From Candidatus Pacearchaeota archaeon (GTDB taxonomy: Archaea > Nanobdellota > Nanobdellia > Pacearchaeales > GW2011-AR1), in the NCBI GenBank assembly GCA_016188895.1, contig JACPGZ010000046.1, positions 1 through 42,993 of the forward strand: a stretch of DNA of 42,993 bases, given 5' to 3'. The notes beneath the pieces are model-generated. The model did not search any database. It had not been told where the DNA came from and saw only the letters and a list, made by a program, of their open reading frames with translations. The translations under genes and the position numbers were made by a program. Shown piece after piece: positions 36,875 through 42,993 of the stretch. How positions within the stretch are numbered: the stretch's first letter is position 1; every line of letters begins with the position of its first letter.

Positions 36875-37396
36875 TTATTCTCCTGTTGTTGCTATTGCAT
36901 GTGGCTGATATTTTAATTTTTCAGTTAATTGCAAGGGATTGAATTTCATCCCATGGAAAGGTGTTCCGCCTGACCCTACAACATAATCTAAATCAAGCAC
37001 TCTGTTATCAACATATGTTAGTATTCTCTTTTCTGAAAAAATAACAGCTGGCACTCCGCCTATTTCAAATCCTAATTTCTGCTTAATGTCTTCTTCTTTC
37101 GCTAATCTTAAATCCTTATATCCTGTAAGGGTTTCTAGAGTCTTAAGATTTAGTCTATCAGACCCTATTATAATAGCTCCCACATATTCATTCTTCTTTG
37201 ATTTAAGCAAAAGACATTTAATAATATGTTTACTATCTAAACCAAGAGCTTTTTCAGCATCTTCTGTAGTTTTTCCAGTTGCTTCATGATAGAAAATATC
37301 GCATTCAAAATTAAATCTATTTGCTAATTCTCTTACATAAGTAATTTTTTCGTTGCTTTCTATTGTTTTATTCTCCATGAAAATGCTTAATCCCAA
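36875..37396 (-). CDS. YbaK/ProX-like aminoacyl-tRNA editing-domain protein
   Basis: 173 aa; IIKCLLLKSKKNEYVGAIIIGSDRLNLKTL...GFEIGGVPA resembles the YbaK/EbsC family; 1-nt gap to the KamA-like gene. Confidence 0.6.
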   Translation of the reverse strand: MGLSIFMENKTIESNEKITYVRELANRFNFECDIFYHEATGKTTEDAEKALGLDSKHIIKCLLLKSKKNEYVGAIIIGSDRLNLKTLETLTGYKDLRLAKEEDIKQKLGFEIGGVPAVIFSEKRILTYVDNRVLDLDYVVGSGGTPFHGMKFNPLQLTEKLKYQPHAIATTGE

Positions 37397-37442
37397 ACCT
37401 TTATATATTTTACCATTTTGTAATGACGGAGCATTATGTTAG

Positions 37443-38612
37443 ATGACTATGAAACACGATAAATTCCAGCATATTTTATCAAGAATTGACAGCATAGATG
37501 ATCCTTATAATAACTTGCCAGAAATATTGAAGAAAGCTCATCCAAGATTAGCCTTAGATATTACTCCGACTACTCAGCATGATCCTTGCCATGATTTATT
37601 TAGGATTTACACTTTTAAACTCTTTAAAGAATTAGCTAAAAAATTTGAAATTCTTTTAGTTTATCGCGATATTCAGGCATCTTTAGACATTCCAATTGAA
37701 GAATCAAAACGATTAATTCAGGAAAGCATTAGCTTATTTCATGGAGGAAAAGTTCCTTTCAAGGTTTATTATGAATCAGAAATTATACAAAAATACCTTG
37801 TAGACATTCCTGAAAGATTCTTTAAACATTTATATAAGAATATCCTTCATAAAGAGCATAATCACTTTAACAGGCATTTAATGTTCAGTAGTGCTTCCAT
37901 GTCTGTTTTAATTCCGCTTCTAGATATCTTGAAGGTTGATGTTCTTCTTTGCATGGAAGAAGAAAAGGAAAATGTTGAGCTTCTGCGGAAAATTCATAAT
38001 ACAAAATCTGAATATTTTCCTGTTGTTTTTTACAGGACATTAAGGGATTTGCAGAATAAAAATCATGCTGCAAGCGATAAACTAAGGGCTTTTCCGAGAG
38101 TTGATTGGAAAGAGAAGGATTTCTATAAGAAATTTAAGAAATATGGGACAAATATAGAGACATTCTATGATTGGTATAAAAAACTAGGGCTTTTAAATGA
38201 TAAAATATTTGATTACAAAAATGAAAAAATATCATTTTTAGAGATTATGCAATTAGCAAAACAGCGTAAGATTAGCAATGAAAAAGTTTTGAAGTATGTT
38301 GCTTCTCATATTTTTAACTTTATGAATAAAGAAAGTAAATTCCTTGAATTAGCTTCCAAAGAATTTAAAGTAAATCTTAATGCTTCTTATTCAAATAATG
38401 TGTTAAATTGCTTAAACACGCCTTCAAGAATTTCTATTATTAATCTTTTAGATAAAAGCAATCTTTCTGCTTATCAAATAGCAAAACAAATTAATGTTTC
38501 TCTTCCAACTACTTTGTTCCATTTATCTAAACTCCAAGATGCTGGAATTGTTACGAGAAGTAAAAATAAGTCTTATAGTTTGAAGATGAATAGATTTATT
38601 TTGTATGTGTGA
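37443..38612 (+). CDS. Protein with C-terminal ArsR-type wHTH, N-terminal domain unknown
   Basis: 389 aa; RISIINLLDKSNLSAYQIAKQINVSLPTTLFHLSKLQDAGIV at the C-terminus. Confidence 0.55.
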   Translation: MTMKHDKFQHILSRIDSIDDPYNNLPEILKKAHPRLALDITPTTQHDPCHDLFRIYTFKLFKELAKKFEILLVYRDIQASLDIPIEESKRLIQESISLFHGGKVPFKVYYESEIIQKYLVDIPERFFKHLYKNILHKEHNHFNRHLMFSSASMSVLIPLLDILKVDVLLCMEEEKENVELLRKIHNTKSEYFPVVFYRTLRDLQNKNHAASDKLRAFPRVDWKEKDFYKKFKKYGTNIETFYDWYKKLGLLNDKIFDYKNEKISFLEIMQLAKQRKISNEKVLKYVASHIFNFMNKESKFLELASKEFKVNLNASYSNNVLNCLNTPSRISIINLLDKSNLSAYQIAKQINVSLPTTLFHLSKLQDAGIVTRSKNKSYSLKMNRFILYV

Positions 38613-39276
38613 TATCTAATAATCTATTAAGGTAAAAAACTGCAAAATCCCTTAAGAGTAAAGCCTTTCCCATATTTGGCTGGTAATCTGAAGTAAAAGC
38701 ACGCCCCATAACTTTAGCAATACCCCTTTCTGTATCAATTTTCGCTAATCTTGATTCGGCACCATATCTACTCATTTTTTCTGGACTCATAAAAACTACT
38801 TCTGAATGGCGTTGCGATCTACCAATATTTTCTATTAAATTACCTTCTAACGCTGATTCTGGAGTATAAAATCTACCGCTTTCATCATATTGATTGTAGA
38901 AAAATACAGGCGACTTAACAACTTCAATACAATCTACTTTTCCATTATTTTTCCATGTTAAAATTAAGAATCCTTCTTCATCAGGTGTGCCATCAAGAAC
39001 CCAATTGTCATCGAATCTTTCAAAGCCTTTTATGAGAGAAGGATCATACTCATGAATCTCTAAACACTTTAAATAATATGCCATATCTTCTTCATAAAAT
39101 GATTTTACAATTTCCTTGGCTCCTCCTAGTAATGATAAATCAGTTCTTACTTCTTGAGAAAGATTAAAAATTTTTGGATGGACAGGAACAGTTACTACTA
39201 AATCGTCCAGACCCATTCTCTCCCGCTCAATAATAGATTGAATTGGAAGCTCTCTTCTGACTAATTGTTCTTGCAT
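38596..39276 (-). CDS. Hypothetical protein
   Basis: 226-aa ORF; convergent 17-nt overlap with the 37443..38612 ORF. Confidence 0.5.
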   Translation of the reverse strand: MQEQLVRRELPIQSIIERERMGLDDLVVTVPVHPKIFNLSQEVRTDLSLLGGAKEIVKSFYEEDMAYYLKCLEIHEYDPSLIKGFERFDDNWVLDGTPDEEGFLILTWKNNGKVDCIEVVKSPVFFYNQYDESGRFYTPESALEGNLIENIGRSQRHSEVVFMSPEKMSRYGAESRLAKIDTERGIAKVMGRAFTSDYQPNMGKALLLRDFAVFYLNRLLDITHTK

Positions 39277-39423
39277 AAAAATTAGATTTTATATAACTTT
39301 AAAAGGATTTCTATACCGATTTCAAGTTTCATCGCCATCTAACCATAATTTCATGATTTTATAACGATAAAATATAAAAGCAGGCATCATAATTCTATCA
39401 ATACATCAATCTGACTAAAGGAA

Positions 39424-39717
39424 ATGGAATTAGAATTAAAAGGAATAAATGATAAAAAACCTCTCCTGCCTAGGAAATGTGTTGATATAAATGGCAAGAT
39501 ATTGTATAGCGAAGGCGACCAAGCATGGAATCTAATCAGGCTTAAGAAGGATGTCTTAAATGAGTTTTATCAATTAAAAGAGAAACGCTTGAAATTTTCA
39601 TATCAGATGATTTATTATAGGGTTTACGAAGACTTGGAGAAGGCAATTAAAGGATTGAAGAAGCAAAATAAGGCATTGCCTGTTTTATTATGGCTTTATC
39701 AAGAGCCTTCTATTTAG
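39424..39717 (+). CDS. Hypothetical small protein
   Basis: 97-aa ORF adjacent to the integrase. Confidence 0.45.
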   Translation: MELELKGINDKKPLLPRKCVDINGKILYSEGDQAWNLIRLKKDVLNEFYQLKEKRLKFSYQMIYYRVYEDLEKAIKGLKKQNKALPVLLWLYQEPSI

Positions 39718-39722
39718 ATGTA

Positions 39723-40889
39723 TTAATTTTCTACTTCAATAATCTGGACTTTACTTCCTAAGACTTTTAATAATTCTAAAATTTTCCCCATTTGCTTTTC
39801 CATACTCTCAATTTTCTCCTGCAAAATTTCCTTGTCTTTTTCTGTTTTTAGAAGTCTTTTTTCAATTTCTGTTTTTGTAACGTCAATTAACAAATCTTCT
39901 TCGCTTATAGTGTCTTTCATTCCAAGAAGCTCACTATAATAATGAATCTTATCGCTTTTCTTCCATCCAAATCTGTATTTTAATGCTGACTCAGATTTAT
40001 ATCGTGGAAGCCAATAACAACATGAGATATGTCTGAAATCATACAAACTTATCTCACAATATTTCGCTCCTGCTTCACTTACTCCATTACCGAATACTTT
40101 TAATGCCAGCCTTTTAAGATATTGATTAGCAATCAGCGGATTTATTTTAAATAAATAATCCTCTTTTTTCAGTTCTTTGTTTTTAATATAATCTTTCAAT
40201 AAATCTGAACATAACATTAATTTAATTCTTCTTCCAAAAGTTTTGCTCATTTCTTCTCTTATTTGAAGCTCTTTAAAATCTTTATACAGGTCAGAAACTT
40301 TAATATTAACTAATTCGGTTGGAGCTCTTATCCCCGTGTCTAGTAAAAACATGATTAAAACTTTGTACTCGTATTTTGCATTATCACACAATTTTTTTAC
40401 CTGCTCTTCATTTAAATAAACCCAATCTGGTTTTTCTGGACTTGTATCTAAATCAATAGTTATATCTGGAATTTCATCTCCGTTTTTTTTGTTGACTTTT
40501 TGATGCCAGTGCCAAAAAGCCTTGAAGATCTTAGCATAGGTATCCACTGATTTGTAATTTCCACCATCTATTTTCTTTATATCCCCTCTTTTCATATCTG
40601 AAAAGAAGCTAATTAATTGCTCTTCGTTTATTTTAATTATGCTATCAAGATTATACATCTCTTTGAATTTAATTGCAAAGAAAATAAGCCTGTTTCTTAA
40701 TGAGTTTAACCTTGCATAACTTCTTGAGCCCTTGATACTCACAGGAGATATATTTATTCCTTTTTCCATTTCTTTAAGGTACTTAAGAATAATGTCAGAG
40801 TTTTCTTTACTTAAACGAAGGATTCTAAGCTTATTATTTTCCTTCCATTTAATCCATCTTTCTTTGTTTTTATGCGGGTCTATTTTCAT
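39723..40889 (-). CDS. Tyrosine recombinase/integrase
   Basis: 388 aa; LLDTGIRAPTEL (box I Arg), YDFRHISCCYW (His/Arg box II), KIHYY (candidate catalytic Tyr); C-terminal coiled-coil tail. The start lies 79 nt from the tRNA-Glu 3' end. Confidence 0.8.
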   Translation of the reverse strand: MKIDPHKNKERWIKWKENNKLRILRLSKENSDIILKYLKEMEKGINISPVSIKGSRSYARLNSLRNRLIFFAIKFKEMYNLDSIIKINEEQLISFFSDMKRGDIKKIDGGNYKSVDTYAKIFKAFWHWHQKVNKKNGDEIPDITIDLDTSPEKPDWVYLNEEQVKKLCDNAKYEYKVLIMFLLDTGIRAPTELVNIKVSDLYKDFKELQIREEMSKTFGRRIKLMLCSDLLKDYIKNKELKKEDYLFKINPLIANQYLKRLALKVFGNGVSEAGAKYCEISLYDFRHISCCYWLPRYKSESALKYRFGWKKSDKIHYYSELLGMKDTISEEDLLIDVTKTEIEKRLLKTEKDKEILQEKIESMEKQMGKILELLKVLGSKVQIIEVEN

Positions 40890-40967
40890 GTTTTAAAGAG
40901 ACAGGTTATTTATATAAATAACTTGTATGATTTTTGTATGCCCACCAAATTCATCAAAAAGATATAA

Positions 40968-41171
40968 TGCCCCTGCCGGGATTTGAACCCGGGTCTGAGC
41001 CGTTCTCTGCATTCTCTCAAGAGAATGTGGAAAGAATTTTCCTTGAGAGCAGTTGGTATTTAGATACCTCGCCTATGCTCTCAACGAGCGTTAGACACAC
41101 TGCACGAGAGGGCTCTATCCATAGCCTTCATCAAAATTATCTGACGAATTTGGCCGCTAGACTACAGGAGC
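40968..41171 (-). tRNA. tRNA-Glu (CUC) with two predicted introns
   Basis: Hand fold. Exon 1 41171-41150 (GCTCCTG TA GTCT AGCGGCCAA); 29-nt D-loop intron 41149-41121. Exon 2 41120-41105 (GGAT A GAGCC CTCTCG); ~102-nt intron 41104-41003 at 37/38. Exon 3 41002-40968 (C GGCTC AGAC CCGGG TTCAAAT CCCGG CAGGGGC A). Mature length 73 nt with the 4-nt variable loop typical of archaeal tRNA-Glu. Intron borders approximate. Confidence 0.6.
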
Positions 41172-41181
41172 TAAGAAGAAC

Positions 41182-41205
41182 ATAAGGGTAAACCCTTATC
41201 AACCC
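41182..41205 (+). repeat. 24-nt exact repeat copy B (ATAAGGGTAAACCCTTATCAACCC) in the tRNA-Glu 5' leader region
   Basis: Identical to 3044-3067. Embedded in a 51-nt hairpin domain closed by GAAGAAC (41175-41181) / GTTCTTC (41219-41225). Confidence 0.9.
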
Positions 41206-41269
41206 AGACACTGAGTTGGTTCTTCCTTAAACCATCTCCTAATTGTTAGTTTATTAAATTTTCTATAAG

Positions 41270-41803
41270 CTATTTATTCCATATAATCAATGTAAGTTTT
41301 GTCGGCTTTTTTTGGTATGCTGTAAATCTTTCTATCTTTGCTATATTGGCTGGATTCTCTAATTCTACCAGATTTGTTCTATTTACATATAATTTTCCTA
41401 TTCCATCTGGAATTATTGTGCTTCCATTAGGCAGGAGTATATTCATTTCATTATTAAAATAAAAGTAGAAATCAAACCTGTTGCCTATTAGACTGCTTAC
41501 TTTCCTATACCCTTCTGGATAGTTTGAATATGTCAGATTATAAAGCTCATCAAGTTTTGTCTGATTAATTTCAAATCCTGTCAAAATACCAGGAATAAGC
41601 ACATTTGTTTTGTTCCAATTGCTGGGCGAGCCTTCTGACAGGATATTTGATGCTATAAAATCTGCATCTATGCTTAAATCTTCTGAACTTGATTCTGCTT
41701 CATCTGATAAATTGATTGTATAAATGTAAAATATTATAATGGCTATTATGAATATAGTTACCCCTACTATTATATCAAGACTCCATACTTGTGCTTTTTT
41801 CAT
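41270..41803 (-). CDS. Archaeal pilin-like protein (class III signal peptide), short paralog
   Basis: 177 aa; MKKAQVWSLDIIVGVTIFIIAIIIFYIY; the N-terminal ~70 aa are nearly identical to the neighbour. Confidence 0.65.
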   Translation of the reverse strand: MKKAQVWSLDIIVGVTIFIIAIIIFYIYTINLSDEAESSSEDLSIDADFIASNILSEGSPSNWNKTNVLIPGILTGFEINQTKLDELYNLTYSNYPEGYRKVSSLIGNRFDFYFYFNNEMNILLPNGSTIIPDGIGKLYVNRTNLVELENPANIAKIERFTAYQKKPTKLTLIIWNK

Positions 41804-41812
41804 CTTAATTCA
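41589..41812. repeat. ~224-bp duplicated block (5' coding region plus upstream) copy 1
   Basis: Near-identical to 42770-42993 (offset 1181 bp). The promoter-proximal ~150 bp differ at about one position. Confidence 0.85.
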
Positions 41813-41823
41813 AAATTTATTCT

Positions 41824-42984
41824 TTATGGATTATCCCAGACATAGAATGTCATTTTTGCAGGTTTATTTCTAAAAAATACAAACCTTTCATTTTTTATTA
41901 AATTTTTAGCTTTTATATTTTTTATATTAAGTCTGCACTCTATTGTAAGAAGGTTTGTTATTGAATTTACAACATCCTTTTTCCATACTGGCTGAGCTAT
42001 ATTAACAGGAGCAAAATCACCGAAAAAATATACATGACCTTGCCCGTAATTCCAGCGCACAATTCCTCCAGCTCCTGTGCCTGAATTATATCTTCCTATT
42101 ACTACATAATCGCTGACGTTTTCAGCACCTGGAACTGTAGATGTGTTATTTACAGTTGGTCCGTCTTTTATATCATAATCTGCACCAATTGTTAGATTAA
42201 GGACATTATATATATCTTGAGCAACAATTCTTACAGGATTTGGATTATTGCCCGCTATATATTTAATGCCAAAAGCATAATCAAAATTAAAATGCTCTGA
42301 AATAAATACCTTGCCGCCATTTAAAACATATAGATTAAGAATAGCAAAATCACTCTCATCAAAATGAACATCTTCTAATATTGTAAGGTTATATTTGCTA
42401 ACGTTATTCAGATATTGGGTTTTCCCCTTAACATTTGAATTGCAAGCCTCCGAGCCATTTTCGTAATTATTATTTTTTTCGCAATAAATATCTACTGTAA
42501 AATTAACACCTATTGTCAGATTTAATATTTGTTTTTCTTTTCCTATGTAATATGCTACTTTGAATATAGAAATGTTTTGCTCTGTTGCTTTCGCGCTTCC
42601 GATTCCGCATTGATTTTTTCCAAAATATACCAAGCCGTCTTTATTTTCAAGAAAAACAAAATAATCATATTTTGTTCCGAGAAGTTGTCTTGATTTATCG
42701 TAATTATCTTTTGATAATTGAGCCAATGCTACTAACTTTGTTTCATTTATTTTATTGTCTGTAACTATTCCAGGAATAAGCACATTTGTTTTGTTCCAAT
42801 TACGAGGAGAGCCTTCTGACAGGATGTTTGAAGATATAAAATCTGCATCTATATTTAGATCGTCTGAACTTGATTCTGCTTCATCTGATAAATTGATTGT
42901 ATAAATGTAGAATATTATAATGGCTATTATGAATATAGTTACCCCTACTATTATATCAAGACTCCATACTTGTGCTTTTTTCAT
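41824..42984 (-). CDS. Archaeal pilin-like protein (class III signal peptide), long paralog
   Basis: 386 aa; same N-terminus. C-terminal RFVFFRNKPAKMTFYVWDNP parallels RFTAYQKKPTKLTLIIWNK of the short paralog. Many N-x-S/T sequons. Confidence 0.65.
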   Translation of the reverse strand: MKKAQVWSLDIIVGVTIFIIAIIIFYIYTINLSDEAESSSDDLNIDADFISSNILSEGSPRNWNKTNVLIPGIVTDNKINETKLVALAQLSKDNYDKSRQLLGTKYDYFVFLENKDGLVYFGKNQCGIGSAKATEQNISIFKVAYYIGKEKQILNLTIGVNFTVDIYCEKNNNYENGSEACNSNVKGKTQYLNNVSKYNLTILEDVHFDESDFAILNLYVLNGGKVFISEHFNFDYAFGIKYIAGNNPNPVRIVAQDIYNVLNLTIGADYDIKDGPTVNNTSTVPGAENVSDYVVIGRYNSGTGAGGIVRWNYGQGHVYFFGDFAPVNIAQPVWKKDVVNSITNLLTIECRLNIKNIKAKNLIKNERFVFFRNKPAKMTFYVWDNP

Positions 42985-42993
42985 CTTAATTCA
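42770..42993. repeat. ~224-bp duplicated block copy 2 (runs to window edge)
   Basis: See 41589-41812. Confidence 0.85.

Larger units (their letters stand above)
17465..40981. mobile_element. Putative composite integrated element/defence island anchored at tRNA-Glu
   Basis: A tyrosine integrase (39723..40889) abuts the 3' end of tRNA-Glu. A tRNA-3'-end-like repeat lies at 17465-17480 (12 of 14 matches to 40967-40980 by my alignment). Cargo is T4SS-like genes, R-M, an integrase remnant and RHH/wHTH regulators. Boundaries are tentative. Confidence 0.35.

Noticed and set aside
27076-40889. SSV-type integrase split into Int(N)/Int(C) by integration
   Set aside because: The intact integrase is full length, and the fragment is inverted rather than direct. 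The fragment is only roughly three-quarters identical, so it is a remnant of a separate paralog, not the other half of a partitioned gene.
40934-41185. 83-aa plus-strand ORF
   Set aside because: It is antisense to the intron-containing tRNA-Glu; the sequence is explained by the tRNA exons and introns.

Overview
Visibly AT-rich contig with archaeal hallmarks, most consistent with a small-genome DPANN-like archaeon. The hallmarks are TTTATAAA-type TATA boxes a fixed 20 nt upstream of ATGs (leaderless architecture), an intron-containing tRNA, an archaeal-looking RNase P RNA, class-III-signal-peptide pilin-like proteins and an Ogg2-type glycosylase. The left ~16 kb is mostly housekeeping or small accessory genes: a Dam-like MTase plus ParB-like protein, RNase P RNA, tRNA-Phe, a bacterial-type groES-X-groEL operon, a DUF4258/DUF2283 toxin-antitoxin-like array, acs, ogg and an acyltransferase. 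From ~16.3 kb to the tRNA-Glu at ~41 kb the window looks like a composite mobile/defence island. It holds a Fic cassette bracketed by repeats and a minimal type-IV-secretion/Ced-like module (VirB2-like, VirB6-like, and VirB3-VirB4 fused to a C-terminal PD-(D/E)xK nuclease domain). It also holds a processive GT2, a decayed integrase remnant and a Type III R-M operon. That operon is followed by two uncharacterised genes (a 155-aa membrane protein and a ~809-aa zinc-ribbon protein with a FokI-like nuclease domain) that share a promoter element with mod. The island ends with a KamA-like/YbaK-like pair and a tyrosine integrase next to tRNA-Glu. The strongest candidates for undescribed biology are the extended Type III R-M locus and the relaxase-less VirB4-nuclease module. 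RNA-level oddities: tRNA-Glu appears to carry two introns, a 24-nt exact repeat links the RNase P RNA P3 region to the tRNA-Glu leader, and there are two unexplained GC-rich islands. All calls come from motif recognition by eye; no database searches were run.
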